From Candidatus Latescibacterota bacterium (GTDB lineage Bacteria > Latescibacterota > UBA2968 > UBA8231): a stretch of 64,000 nucleotides of DNA. The notes below the pieces were generated by a model. It did no database searches. It was not told the origin of the DNA and saw only the letters and a program-made list of their open reading frames with translations. Positions 31,091 to 41,750 of this stretch are shown piece by piece. Within the stretch, counting starts at the first letter, position 1; every line of letters starts with the position of its first letter. The position numbers and the translations under genes were made by a program. The stretch lies in contig CBDCXV010000005.1 in the NCBI GenBank assembly GCA_965223905.1, forward strand, positions 1-64,000, read 5' to 3'.

Positions 31091-31239
31091 CCGGCGCTGT
31101 ACTTCTACAGGGGAGGCCAATTTGGTATCCCTGGGTCCCGGATTTATACCAAAAATCCTCGCCCCGTTGATGTCAAAGTCAGGAACAGGCTTGGCCAGCC
31201 GCCTCGCCCCTACACAAAGCCCGGCCGTTGCCTCGGCTG

Positions 31240-32484
31240 CTACGGCTCCAGCACCATCCCTTCCGTTTCGATTCGCTGCATCATCGCACGCCACTCCGCC
31301 GACCCGTCGTCGTCCCAGTAGTCGGTGGCGATCGGGGAGTCGTAGCTCATCGGCACCTTGCCCCGGCGCCAGTCCGGGCGCACAAGGAAGTGGCGGGTGG
31401 TCGCGGCGTCGTACTTGTGGTACATCCGTGCGCCGTTGGCGAACCGCGAGCGGATGATCCAGGGGTCGAAGGCGGTTGACTCCAGGGCCGACAGCCGGGC
31501 GAGCTCGTCCCGGTCGAGGGTGACCCCCAGTCCCGGTTTCTCAGGCACGCGTACGAAGCCGTTGACCGGCTCGAAGCGTTCCTCGATGACGTCGCTGCGG
31601 CAGGTTTCCCCGGCGTTGATGGCGTGGAAGGTCGCCGACGGGAACGCGGCCATCATGTGGGTCACCATGGCGCGGGTGATGCCCTTGCCGACCCATTGGA
31701 TCATGAAGGGGATGTCGCCGGCGGCGAACAGGCCGGCGGCCTCCATCGCCTTGCCGATCTTGCAGTGCCCCAGCATGTAGATGTCCGAGGCGCCCTGCAT
31801 CACCTCATAGGTCGCGTCGAAGGCGGCGCGGTGCCTGACGAGCGGCAGGCGCACCCGCTTGCGCAGCTCGATCGAGGCCTCGACGTCCCTCTCGTCGATG
31901 CTGTCCTCGAAGCAGCCGGCGATCCGGTAGTTGGAGAGCCGCGAGAGCAGGTCCGACATGTGGTCGGTGGTTCCGCCGCCGGTGAAGTCGTAGTGGATGC
32001 GGAATCCCCGCGGGGCCACCTCCTGCATCGCCTCGGTCTGGTCGAAGACGTTCTCGAACGGAGAGAGGTGGAACTTCATCCAGGTGAACCCGCGGGCGGC
32101 GTAGCGGCTGACCGCCTCGGCCATGCGCTCCGGCGAGGTCGACACCGTCCAGCTCGAGACCGGCACCCAGGAGCGGTACTTCTGGCCGAACAGCTTGTAC
32201 ACCGGCACGCCCGCGGCCTGTCCCATGAGGTCGTACATCGCCGTCCCGAGCGCGATCGAGGTTTCGTCCCCGATCCAGTCGAAGGGGTTGCTGGCGATGT
32301 ACTGGTCGAGCACCTCCGGGGGTTCGGGGGCGCCCACCTTCTCTCCGAGCCCGGTGAGCCCGGTGTCGGTGTGGGCGACGTAGACGGTGCTCCGCCGCGG
32401 CCCGTCGTAGTGCAGGAGCTGGTAGGCGATCCAGTCGTGGTACTGGTGGGTAACTTGGTGCGCTTCGATCTCGGTAACCTTCAT
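31240..32484 (-). CDS. Enolase superfamily (MR/MLE) enzyme
   Basis: AMYDLMGQAAGVPVYKLFG, MKFH, FEDS, VPEKPGLGVTLD. Confidence 0.86.
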   Translation of the reverse strand: MKVTEIEAHQVTHQYHDWIAYQLLHYDGPRRSTVYVAHTDTGLTGLGEKVGAPEPPEVLDQYIASNPFDWIGDETSIALGTAMYDLMGQAAGVPVYKLFGQKYRSWVPVSSWTVSTSPERMAEAVSRYAARGFTWMKFHLSPFENVFDQTEAMQEVAPRGFRIHYDFTGGGTTDHMSDLLSRLSNYRIAGCFEDSIDERDVEASIELRKRVRLPLVRHRAAFDATYEVMQGASDIYMLGHCKIGKAMEAAGLFAAGDIPFMIQWVGKGITRAMVTHMMAAFPSATFHAINAGETCRSDVIEERFEPVNGFVRVPEKPGLGVTLDRDELARLSALESTAFDPWIIRSRFANGARMYHKYDAATTRHFLVRPDWRRGKVPMSYDSPIATDYWDDDGSAEWRAMMQRIETEGMVLEP

Positions 32485-32552
32485 CGGTCGATGTCCCGCT
32501 GCAAAGGAAGTGGAAGGAAGCGCCTAATGTCGGATGGAACCGCGAACGCCCG

Positions 32553-33617
32553 CTACTCGAACAGGTGGGCAAACTCCCCGAGTCCCTCGGCCTCGAGCTC
32601 GTCCTTCTCGACGAACCGGAGGGAGGCGGAGTTGATGCAGTAGCGCAGACCGGTCGGGTCGGGGCCGTCGTTGAACAGGTGACCGAGGTGGGAGTCGCCC
32701 TGTTTGCTGCGCACCTCGGTGCGGGTCATGAACAGCTTGTTGTCGGACTTCTCGACGATGTTCTCCGACATGAGGGGCTGCCAGAAGCTCGGCCAGCCGG
32801 TGCCGGAGCGGTACTTGTGGGTCGAGCTGAACAGCGGCTCCCCGGAGACGACGTCGACGTAGATCCCTGCCCGCTTGTTGTCCCAGAACATGTTGCGGAA
32901 GGGAGGCTCGGTGCCGTCCTGTTGGGTCACCTCGTACTGCAGGGGGGTCAGCTTCTTGCGCAGGACCGTCACGGAAGGCTTGGAGAAACGGCTGTCCGGC
33001 GCCTTCCCCGGCATCGCCGCCGCGGGCGGATCGTCTCCCCAGATTTTGGCGATGAAGCGGTCGCGGCCCGAGCCGGTGCGGTACCTCTTGTAGTGGCCGG
33101 GGCTCTTCCGGTAGTAGTCCTGGTGGTACTCCTCGGCCGGATAGAAGGTGGTTGCCGGCAGGGCCGGGGTGACCACCGGCTTGTCGAAGCGCCCCGAGGA
33201 ATCGAGCGCCGCCCGCGTCGCCTCGGCGATCCGCTTCTGCTCCTCGTCGTGGTAGAAGACCGCGGAGGTGTAGTGGTGGCCGCGGTCGTAGAAGGATCCC
33301 CCGGCGTCGGTCGGGTCGAACTGGCGCCAGAAGTGATTGATCAGCTCTTCGTAGCCCACCTTCTCCGGGTCGTAGGTGATCAGCACCGATTCGATGTGGG
33401 AGGTGCGGCCCGAGCTGACCTGCTTGTAGGTCGGGTCCTCCTCGGTGCCGCCGGTGTACCCGGAGACGGCGGAGATAACGCCGGGGTACTTGTCGAACGG
33501 GGCCTCGATGCACCAGAAACAGCCGCCGGCGAAGGTCGCCTGCTCCTGTTCGGCATGGGCGGATCGAAGGCCGGCGGTCAGCAGCAGGGACAGGGTCAGG
33601 GCGATGGCGGTTTTCAT
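32553..33617 (-). CDS. msrAB: Exported bifunctional methionine sulfoxide reductase MsrA-MsrB
   Basis: Signal peptide; [17 protein letters not shown]; [27 protein letters not shown]. Confidence 0.95.
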   Translation of the reverse strand: MKTAIALTLSLLLTAGLRSAHAEQEQATFAGGCFWCIEAPFDKYPGVISAVSGYTGGTEEDPTYKQVSSGRTSHIESVLITYDPEKVGYEELINHFWRQFDPTDAGGSFYDRGHHYTSAVFYHDEEQKRIAEATRAALDSSGRFDKPVVTPALPATTFYPAEEYHQDYYRKSPGHYKRYRTGSGRDRFIAKIWGDDPPAAAMPGKAPDSRFSKPSVTVLRKKLTPLQYEVTQQDGTEPPFRNMFWDNKRAGIYVDVVSGEPLFSSTHKYRSGTGWPSFWQPLMSENIVEKSDNKLFMTRTEVRSKQGDSHLGHLFNDGPDPTGLRYCINSASLRFVEKDELEAEGLGEFAHLFE

Positions 33618-33889
33618 GGGGTCGGCTCCTGCGGTTCGGTTTAGGGTGCGCGATTAGCCTGAAAATAAGGACGCCCGGAGGCCGGCATGGGTCCCGGGCT
33701 TTCCCCGGCCGGGGCATTTGAATCCGTCATCGAATTGCCAGCTGCCCCGCCTTTCTCCTGTGCCTTCGCAAGCAGAATCCTCCAAGCCGACCTCGGGAGT
33801 TCCAGCCATTCCACCGCCGCATGGCCGGGTTCGCCAGACCACTGCAATTCCGGTCGCGTTCTTGAAACCGCCCCTCCCTGACCATCGGC

Positions 33890-36001
33890 TCACTTGCCTT
33901 GCGAGCCCTCGACCTCCCGGCAGTGGAGGACCGCCATCTCCCAAGGGTCGATGCCGATCTCGAAGCCCGCCCCGGAGAGCGGCACCAGGCTGCGGGTGAA
34001 CAGGTCTTCCACCTCCTGCAGCTTCCATTCGGTCCGGACCTGTGCTCGCGCCGCGTCCCTCCCCATGTTGAGAAGGAAGAGCAGCCAGCCCCCCTGCCGC
34101 GAGGGCCTCACCACCGGCACCACCTCGGCGCCCTCTACCCGCACCGGGGGGCGCACCCCGGCTTCCGCGGCCAGCCCCAGCACCAGCTCCGGCGGGGCTT
34201 CGTCCGCGAACCCGGCCGACAGGGTGAGACCGAGCCAGGTGAAGCGGCCGTCCGCGGTCCGCACCCCCACGGTCTGCCCGTCGAGGCTTGCCCAGCTTTC
34301 GCATCCGCCCGCGGGCTCGAGGACGGCGTACCCGCAAGGGGTGGCGATCGGCAGGTTTCCCAGGGGGGTGCGCAGGAGATTTCGCCCCTCCTCGATGTCG
34401 AAGCCGGTCACCTGCGAGAAGTCGGCGACGCGCACGCCGAAACGCTCCCCGAACCCTTCCGGGGGATCGTAGCTCGACTGCCCGTCCTCCGAGTACAGGC
34501 CGAAGCTGCCCTCGGCGACGAAGCGGGTCTGCGGGCTTTCCGTGAGGGTGCGCTCCAGGCGCTGGCGCGCCGTCTCGTCCATGAGCGCGAGGTTGGGCAG
34601 GAACAGCAGGTCGTAACCCGTCCAGTCCATGGCGGGGGTGACGAGGTCCGCGGCGATCCCGTTCCGCCACAACGCCGTCCACACCCCGGTGAGGTCGGAG
34701 CTGTAGCGCTGTCCCTCGTTGTTGAGGCCGAACAGCTCCTGCGACGGGGCGTGGTAGAGGATCCCGACCCGGGCGCGGCCGCAGTCGACCGGCAGGTGCT
34801 CCCTCATCCCCTCGATGCGCGCGATCGCCCTGCTGACCGCTTGCAGCCGCGGCGTCGGCCTGCCGTCGAGGGCGGCGAGGTTGTACCCGGGGGACTCGAA
34901 GCTCAGATACTCGGGGCGGTACTGCCAGAACATGCAGCCGCAGGCGCCGCCGGCGAGGGTCAGCCAGAGCAGGGCGGTCAGCTCCTGCGGCGCCGACTGC
35001 TTCTTCCAGGTGACCCCGCCCTTCGCCATGCCGGCGTAGATCTCCTCGTTCCACCAGCGTCCGTTCGGGGCCAGGGCGCGGGCGGCGTCGAAGCCGAAGG
35101 CTTGGAAGGCGATCTGGTACGGGTCGGAGGAGGTCAGCAGGTTGTTCGACGACATCGACATGCCCCAACTGTCGACCTCGGCGGCGCAGGCCTCGTTCCA
35201 GGGCTGCGGGATGACGACGCTGTGGGCGCGCACCTCGTGGCGGGGGTCGATGGCCCGGGTCTCGGCGACCATCCACCTCAGCTTTTCGACGAGGTTGTCG
35301 CGGGTGAAGCGCCGGAACATCAGCATCTCGACGACGTTCTGGTTGTCGCGCGGGGCGGTGACGTCATCCCAGGTGCGGTAGCGGCGCAGGAGGCGGCGGT
35401 TGAGCTCCTCGAGGGAGTAGCGCGCCCGCAGCCAGCGCTTGTACGCGGCCAGCGAATGCTCGCAGTAGCAGGGGTAGGGTTCGATGCTCGCCCGCCCCGG
35501 CGCCACCCCGTCCCACAGGCCCCAGACGAGAAGGTTGCCCCGGTCCTTGTAACGGTCCACCACGTGGCGCAGCAGGTCGCCGCCGAGCTGTTCCCACACC
35601 GGGTGGTCGTAACAATGCAGGATGGCCCCCTGCGGGGCCGCGGCGCTCCCCGAGACCATCAGGGGATTGCCCTTGCGGTCCACGGCGCGGATGTCCGGGT
35701 GCTCGCGCAGCAGCCATTCCGGACAGGAGCCGTGCGTCGCCAAGGTGACGTCGAGCCAGACGTGGAGGCCGTGTTTCTCCGCCAGGTCGAACATCAGGTC
35801 GAAGTCCTCCAGCTCGTAGCGGCCGGGGGCAGGTTCCATGTGGTTCCAGAAGCTGAAGCTGCGCACGACGCGCATTCCCGCGGCCCGGATGGCGGCGAAG
35901 TCGGCGTCCCAGACCTCCTGTTTCGGGATGGGCGCACGGTAGTACTCGACGCCGATGGGGAAGGGGGTTTCCGGGTGCAGGTGGAATCGCGGATCTGACA
36001 T
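33890..36001 (-). CDS. GH42-like beta-galactosidase family glycoside hydrolase
   Basis: GVEYYR.P, WNHMEPAPG, PEWL, CYCEH, trimerisation-like domain; ATG 36001. Confidence 0.75.
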   Translation of the reverse strand: MSDPRFHLHPETPFPIGVEYYRAPIPKQEVWDADFAAIRAAGMRVVRSFSFWNHMEPAPGRYELEDFDLMFDLAEKHGLHVWLDVTLATHGSCPEWLLREHPDIRAVDRKGNPLMVSGSAAAPQGAILHCYDHPVWEQLGGDLLRHVVDRYKDRGNLLVWGLWDGVAPGRASIEPYPCYCEHSLAAYKRWLRARYSLEELNRRLLRRYRTWDDVTAPRDNQNVVEMLMFRRFTRDNLVEKLRWMVAETRAIDPRHEVRAHSVVIPQPWNEACAAEVDSWGMSMSSNNLLTSSDPYQIAFQAFGFDAARALAPNGRWWNEEIYAGMAKGGVTWKKQSAPQELTALLWLTLAGGACGCMFWQYRPEYLSFESPGYNLAALDGRPTPRLQAVSRAIARIEGMREHLPVDCGRARVGILYHAPSQELFGLNNEGQRYSSDLTGVWTALWRNGIAADLVTPAMDWTGYDLLFLPNLALMDETARQRLERTLTESPQTRFVAEGSFGLYSEDGQSSYDPPEGFGERFGVRVADFSQVTGFDIEEGRNLLRTPLGNLPIATPCGYAVLEPAGGCESWASLDGQTVGVRTADGRFTWLGLTLSAGFADEAPPELVLGLAAEAGVRPPVRVEGAEVVPVVRPSRQGGWLLFLLNMGRDAARAQVRTEWKLQEVEDLFTRSLVPLSGAGFEIGIDPWEMAVLHCREVEGSQGK

Positions 36002-36197
36002 GGTCGGGCTCGTGGAGATGGGATGAGGGTTGGAGGATTCCGGCAGCAGGAGCGCTACCGCGGGAGTCCAGGCCGATTCCCCGGCGGGCACTTGCCCTGC
36101 CCCGGGGGACCGGGCCCGCCGAGCCGCAGATGCTGGCGCGAGCGAGCCGGTGGGGGCGAACTTCGTCACTTCAACTGCGAATACAGGAGACTATCCC

Positions 36198-37271
36198 ATG
36201 AACGAACAGAATGCCAGCAGGCGGGCCGAGCTGCAGTTCGCCCTCGACCGCCTGCCCCGGGTCGGGCTCGCGACCCTGCCGACCCCCTTCGAGCACTGCC
36301 CGGGGTTGTCCGGGGCTCTCGGCGGCCCGCAGATATGGATCAAGCGGGACGACCTCACCGGCCTGGCCACCGGCGGCAACAAGACGCGGATGCTCGAGTT
36401 CGTTCTCGGGAAAGCCGTCGAGGAGGGGGCCGATACCGTAGTGGGCGGGGCCGCGGTGCAGTCGAACTACTGCCGCCAGCTCGCCGCGGCCTGCGCCAGG
36501 CTCGGGCTAGAGTGCCACCTGGTGTTGCGAAAGGTTCGCGGCGAACGCGACCGGGAGGTGCAGGGAAGCCTGCTGCTCGACCTGCTGGTCGGGGCGCATG
36601 TGGACCTCGCCGAGGACGAAGGCAGCTGGGAGAACCTCGGCGCCCGCGTCCGGGCCAGGGGGGAGGAGCTGACCGCGGCCGGGCGCAAGGTGTTCGTCGC
36701 CCGCGTCGGAGACGAGTCCGGGATCGGGCTGTCGGCCGTCTCCTACGTCGCCGCCACCCTCGAGCTGCTCGACCAGGCGGACAGGGCCGGGGTCCGCATC
36801 GACGAGATCTGGCTCTGCTCCTCGGACTCGACGCAGGCGGGAATCGCCCTCGCCCTGAAGCACCTCGAGTCGCCGATCCGCGTGGTCGGCCTGCCGGCCC
36901 TGCCTGAGCCCGTAACCTCGGGCTGGACCTTCGAGGAGTGCCTCTCCTCGGTGGCGACCGAGTGCGGGGAGTTGCTCGGCATCTCGACCGCGGTCGAGCC
37001 GGCCGACATCGTCAGCACGACCGATTACATAGGTCCCGGGTACGCGGTGCTTACCGAAGGGGCGCGCGAGGCGATGCTGATGGCGGGGCGGCTGGAGGGC
37101 CTGCTGCTCGATCCGGTGTACACCTCAAAGGCGATGGCGGGCTTGATCGATCACGTGCGGCAGGGGAAGGTCGCCGGGGGCGCGGTGGTCTTCCTGCATA
37201 CCGGCGGTCTGCCGGCGCTGTTCGCCTACGCCGACTCCCTGGGCCTGGAGGAGCTGCTGAACTCCGGGTGA
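36198..37271 (+). CDS. D-cysteine desulfhydrase / ACC deaminase family PLP enzyme
   Basis: IKRDDLTG..GGNKTR.LE, QSNYCR, LDPVYTSKA, FLHTGG. Confidence 0.9.
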   Translation: MNEQNASRRAELQFALDRLPRVGLATLPTPFEHCPGLSGALGGPQIWIKRDDLTGLATGGNKTRMLEFVLGKAVEEGADTVVGGAAVQSNYCRQLAAACARLGLECHLVLRKVRGERDREVQGSLLLDLLVGAHVDLAEDEGSWENLGARVRARGEELTAAGRKVFVARVGDESGIGLSAVSYVAATLELLDQADRAGVRIDEIWLCSSDSTQAGIALALKHLESPIRVVGLPALPEPVTSGWTFEECLSSVATECGELLGISTAVEPADIVSTTDYIGPGYAVLTEGAREAMLMAGRLEGLLLDPVYTSKAMAGLIDHVRQGKVAGGAVVFLHTGGLPALFAYADSLGLEELLNSG

Positions 37272-37415
37272 GGGTCGAGGGTGCTCGTGAGCGGTTGAGT
37301 TTCCGTCAGTCCCGCAACGAGGCCTTGATCAAAGCCCAGGAATCCGTTTCACAACGGAACCGGGGTCGCCTGCGGCCTCGTGCCCGATCAGGGTCCCGTC
37401 CACCTCTCACGCATA

Positions 37416-38582
37416 TCAGGCCCCGACGATCCCACCGACATCGAGCAGGTAGATCTGCCGGCCGGCGCCGCGGTGCGCCGAGTCGATGCTGACCAGGCGG
37501 CCGTCCGGGCTCGAGCGCGGGTGCAGGTCGCACCGCCACTCCCCGGTGTACTCCCCGGGGGAGTGGAAGCTGCCGAGGTCGATTCGGCGGTCCGTCGGGA
37601 CATGGTAGAGGTACAGGTCCTGCGACCGGGATCCGCCCCGGGGATAGCAGTCGTTGAGGATCCAGTCCGTGTCGGTCAGGTAGGTGCAGTGACCGTTCAG
37701 CGTCATCCGCTCCCTGGCGATGGGCACCACCTCCGGCGAGCGGTCCCGGTAGAGATAGAACCCCTCCCCGGTTTCCGGCTGCCAGGACCAGGCGAGGATG
37801 GTTTCGGCATCGCGCCAGATGAAGTGGGACATGTGCCCGTAATCGTCGACGACGTGGAGGTCCGAGCCGTCGGCCGCGGCCGTCAGCATGCGGGTCCGGA
37901 AACCGCCGCCGCCGAACCGCCAGCGGTGCAGGAAGACGAAGCGGGTGCCGCCGGGGTTGAACAGCAGGTGGTTGAAGTAATGCTTCGCCTCCGACAGGTC
38001 GCCGTGGCGGTAGGGGAGGGCGGCCACTTCCGCAATCGACAGGATCTGCCGCGACTCGCCGTTGCGCAGGTCGACGGTGTAGATGCCGCTGTCTTCCGGG
38101 GTGAGCAGGTCGCGGTGGGGATCCGGAATACCGGCGTACCCGTACCCGGGGCGCATGTGGTCGATGCGGCGGAAGTCGGTGCCGATCGCCCGGTCGCCTT
38201 TGGGCGCGAGGCTGTACACCGCGGCCGGCAGGGTCCGCGATTCCCCGGAGCGGGTGTCGAAGACGCGGGACACGAACCGGTCCCCTTCGCGCTCGTTCCA
38301 GATGATGCGGCGGTCAGACCCGGGAATCCACTGCAGCATGCATCCCTGTTGCCAGCACCAGGCCGTGGTGGTGCCGACCTCGCGCCAGGAATCCCCTTTC
38401 AAGGTGTCGACGACGCCGATGCGGACGGCGTCTTCCGGCTCGGGGGACCGCGACTCGAAGTCGACGGCCATGCCGAGGAGGTACCGCCCCGACGGATCGA
38501 ACTGCAGCTTGTCGTAGTACCCGAACCAGTGGAAGGCCGGCCCCGAGGTGACGGGGCGCACGGGAACGGCGGGCGAGGTCAC
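37416..38582 (-). CDS. Conserved beta-propeller protein (TolB/oligogalacturonate-lyase-like)
   Basis: HWFGYYDK, AWCWQQGCMLQW, FLHRW, RCDLHPR; GTGA overlap with upstream oxidase. Confidence 0.7.
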   Translation of the reverse strand: MTSPAVPVRPVTSGPAFHWFGYYDKLQFDPSGRYLLGMAVDFESRSPEPEDAVRIGVVDTLKGDSWREVGTTTAWCWQQGCMLQWIPGSDRRIIWNEREGDRFVSRVFDTRSGESRTLPAAVYSLAPKGDRAIGTDFRRIDHMRPGYGYAGIPDPHRDLLTPEDSGIYTVDLRNGESRQILSIAEVAALPYRHGDLSEAKHYFNHLLFNPGGTRFVFLHRWRFGGGGFRTRMLTAAADGSDLHVVDDYGHMSHFIWRDAETILAWSWQPETGEGFYLYRDRSPEVVPIARERMTLNGHCTYLTDTDWILNDCYPRGGSRSQDLYLYHVPTDRRIDLGSFHSPGEYTGEWRCDLHPRSSPDGRLVSIDSAHRGAGRQIYLLDVGGIVGA

Positions 38583-39688
38583 AGGAAACGGTCCACGGCG
38601 AAGGGGGAGAGGTCGAACCCCGGGTCGTTGCCAAGGGCGGAGTTGGCGACGACGCGCCCGCTGAAGGGGCCGAGCTGCAGGCCGCTTGCGCCGTGGCCGG
38701 TGTTTAGGTAGAGGCCCTCACATCCGGGGACCGCTCCCATGACCGGCATGCCGTCGGCGGACAGCGGCCGTAGCCCGACGCGGGTCTCGCGGATGGAGGC
38801 ATCGGCGAGACCGGGGGCGACGCGCAGGGCCTCCGAGAGCACTTCGACGATCCCTGCGGCCGTCACCCGCGGGTTGAAGCCGGAGCCGGTTTCGCGCGTG
38901 GCGCCTACGGCTACCCGGCTGTCCGGCCAGGGCACCATGTAATGGTCGCGAAAGGCGCTTACGATCGGCCAGGAGGAGGTGTCGGTGCCGCCGAGGTCGA
39001 GGTGGATGATCTGGCCGCGCTGGGGGGCCACCGGGATACCGATGCCGAGCTGTTCCGAGAAACCCCGGGACCAAGCCCCGCCCGCGATGACCACGGTCCC
39101 CGCGGAAATCCGCTCGCCGCCGCTCAGGACCCCGGCGACCCTGCTGCCTTCGAGGAGGAGGCTGTCGGCGGAGCCGGACCTGCGCTCCAGCCCGCGGCGT
39201 TCCCCCGCCTCGAGCAGGGCGCGCGCCAGGAGCCGGCCGTCGATGCGGGCGGCGTCCGGGTTGTGCAGCGCCCGCGCCGACCCTGCGAGGGCCGGGAACA
39301 TCTCCCGGGCCTCCGCGGCCCCGATGGGTCGAACCGGCCCCCGCTCAGGGCGCGCAAGGATCCGCTGCGAGGCGGCCTCGAAGGGGGCCTGCTCGTCGTC
39401 GGAGACCGCCACCACCAGCAGCCCGCAGTGGTCGAACCCGGTGCCGGCCCCTTCCGCCTCGAGCTCGGGGACCAGTGTCGAAAGGTGGCGGTACGCCGCC
39501 TGGCTGAAGCGGTACCAGACGTCGGAGTCGCCGCGGTAGGTCGCCGGGGAAACGATCCCGGCCCCCGCGGCCGTGGCGCGCCCCTCGTCGCCGCGGTCGA
39601 GCAGCAGCACCCGGGTCTGGGCGCGCGCCAGGTGAAAGGCCGTGGCGGCGCCGAGAACGCCGCCCCCGATGACGATGAAGTCGTACAT
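38579..39688 (-). CDS. FAD-dependent oxidoreductase, DAO/ThiO family
   Basis: VIGGGVLG, ATAAGAG, AGGAWS, PQRGQ, GLRP, TGHG.SG. Confidence 0.9.
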   Translation of the reverse strand: MYDFIVIGGGVLGAATAFHLARAQTRVLLLDRGDEGRATAAGAGIVSPATYRGDSDVWYRFSQAAYRHLSTLVPELEAEGAGTGFDHCGLLVVAVSDDEQAPFEAASQRILARPERGPVRPIGAAEAREMFPALAGSARALHNPDAARIDGRLLARALLEAGERRGLERRSGSADSLLLEGSRVAGVLSGGERISAGTVVIAGGAWSRGFSEQLGIGIPVAPQRGQIIHLDLGGTDTSSWPIVSAFRDHYMVPWPDSRVAVGATRETGSGFNPRVTAAGIVEVLSEALRVAPGLADASIRETRVGLRPLSADGMPVMGAVPGCEGLYLNTGHGASGLQLGPFSGRVVANSALGNDPGFDLSPFAVDRFL

Positions 39689-39914
39689 TTTTCTCCTCGA
39701 CAATTGATGGCAGTCCGCTTTGATCGCCCGTCCTGACGATAGGTATATTTTCTTTCCGCATGAACGCACCGGGCAGCCCCGGCAAAAACCCCTCCGGGCT
39801 GCGGCCGGCCCCGGCCACGAATTCTTATCCCAAAGCGATTTTCACCAAGGGACAGCATGACGCCCGGCGATTTTCCTCTCATCGCCGCAGGCATTCACGG
39901 TTCAGGATAACCCC

Positions 39915-41105
39915 ATGAAGATTGTCGATCTGAAGTGCGCCGTCATCGGCGGCCATCCCGTAATCCGCATCCTCACCGACGAGGGGATCGTCGGAACGGG
40001 GCAGGTGGAGTCCTCCAAGCCCTACCTCAAGCCCCACGTCCTCTTCTACCGCGACCTCGTATTGGGCATGGACCCGACCGACGTCGAGCGCGTCATGCTC
40101 GGCATCCGCCGGCTCGGCGGTTTCAAGCCCTGGGGCAGCGCCGTCAGCGCCATCGAGATGGCGCTCTGGGACATCGCCGGCAAGGCCGCCGGGATTCCGG
40201 TGTACAAGCTGCTCGGGGGAAAGATCCGCGACCGGGTGCGGGTCTACCTGACCGGATCCCCGGTGCCGGTAACCGGGTCCCGGCCCGAGAGTTACGCCGC
40301 CGCCGCCCGCGCCGTCAGGGAGCTGCCGCAGGGGTTCACCCTGTGCAAGATGGGGGTCTCCTTCCACAGCAGCATGCCCGCGGATGTCCCCGGCTTCTTC
40401 TACGGGGAGGGCTCCGGCGGCCGCTGGCACGCCAACCGGGGCCCGCTGACGGAACGCGGCCTGAAGCACGTGATCGCCTGCGCCGAGGCGATGAAGGAGG
40501 AGTTGGGGGACGAGGTCGGCCTCGCCCTCGACTGCGGTCCCGGAATGACGGTCCCGGACTCGATACGGCTGGCCCGGGCGGTGGAGCCGCTGAACCTGAT
40601 GTGGCTCGAGGACATGATCACCGGCGACTACGTCCCCTACGTGCTCGCCGACCTCTACCGGGAGGTGACGCGCAGCACCTCGACGCCGATCCACACCGGG
40701 GAGCAGATCTACCTGCGGCAGCATTTCAAGGAGCTGTTCGAAAAACAGGCGGTGAACGTCGTCGGCCCCGACCCGGCCGACGTCGGCGGCATAGCGGAGA
40801 CCAAGTGGATCGCCGAGTACGCCGATCTCCACGGCATCCTGATGGCCCCGCACGGAGTGATCGACGGGCTCTTCGGCCTGGCCGCCCACGTCCATCTCGC
40901 CGCCACCCTGCCGCAGAACTACATCGCCTTCGAGATGCCGGGCGGGTACGAAGAGTTCTGGCTCGACATGGTCACCGGGCTGCCCGAGCCGATCGTCGCA
41001 GACGGCCACATCGAGGTGTGGGATTCCCCCGGGCTGGGAGTGGAGTTCGTCGTCGAGGAGGCGAAGCGGCACCTGTCGGAAGAGGATGCCGGTTTCTTCG
41101 ATTAG
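39915..41105 (+). CDS. Mandelate racemase-like dehydratase (enolase superfamily)
   Basis: SAIEMALWDIAGK..PVYKLLGG, LDC, WLED, TGE, MAPH, PGLGVE. Confidence 0.9.
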   Translation: MKIVDLKCAVIGGHPVIRILTDEGIVGTGQVESSKPYLKPHVLFYRDLVLGMDPTDVERVMLGIRRLGGFKPWGSAVSAIEMALWDIAGKAAGIPVYKLLGGKIRDRVRVYLTGSPVPVTGSRPESYAAAARAVRELPQGFTLCKMGVSFHSSMPADVPGFFYGEGSGGRWHANRGPLTERGLKHVIACAEAMKEELGDEVGLALDCGPGMTVPDSIRLARAVEPLNLMWLEDMITGDYVPYVLADLYREVTRSTSTPIHTGEQIYLRQHFKELFEKQAVNVVGPDPADVGGIAETKWIAEYADLHGILMAPHGVIDGLFGLAAHVHLAATLPQNYIAFEMPGGYEEFWLDMVTGLPEPIVADGHIEVWDSPGLGVEFVVEEAKRHLSEEDAGFFD

Positions 41106-41291
41106 CAGCCCGTTGAAACAGTCCATCCGGGCTTCGGCTTCGCCTACAGAGCAACTTAATGGATAGGCCGTCAGGCACGCGGCCGCGGAAGGTTCGTGAA
41201 TCGGCTGCAGGTCGATTCGCCCGCCGGGCAGAAGGCGGGCCTGGAAGAACAACCAGTCATTTCAGTACCCATCCCTGCAAGAGGTGAGAGC

Positions 41292-41750
41292 ATGATCGAG
41301 AAAATCAACGTGTCCGAGCTGGCGGAGGAATCCCTCCAGTCCCCTTCGGGCAAGTACGGGGCGTCGGTAAAGGATGTCTCCAGCGCCCTCGAAACCGAGG
41401 GGCAGCCGTTCGAGGTCGAGTGGGTGCGGCTGCCGCCGGGCCGGACCAACTTCCCCTGCCACGCCCACCAGGTGCAGTGGGAGTTCTATCTCGTGGTCAG
41501 CGGCCGTGGGATCGTGCGCCGGAACGACGACAGCTTCGAGGTTGGTGAAGGGGACGCCTTCGTGCAGCCGCCCGGCACCGCCCACCAGATCCGCAATCCC
41601 AGCGAGACCGAGGACCTCGTCTACTACGTGATCGCCGACAATCCCGTGAGCGACCCCGTCTACTATCCCGATTCGGACAAGTGGCTGATACGGCCCCCCG
41701 GAAAGCTGGGGCGCATGACCGACGCGGAGTATTTCGATGGAGAGGAGTAG
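41292..41750 (+). CDS. Cupin-domain protein
   Basis: PCHAHQVQWEFY..SGRG, PPGTAHQIRN, YYPDSDK. Confidence 0.88.
   Translation: MIEKINVSELAEESLQSPSGKYGASVKDVSSALETEGQPFEVEWVRLPPGRTNFPCHAHQVQWEFYLVVSGRGIVRRNDDSFEVGEGDAFVQPPGTAHQIRNPSETEDLVYYVIADNPVSDPVYYPDSDKWLIRPPGKLGRMTDAEYFDGEE

Noticed and set aside
41103-41210. IS-end-like sequence TAGCAGCCCGTTGAAACAGTCC
   Set aside because: No convincing partner inverted repeat, target duplication or transposase remnant
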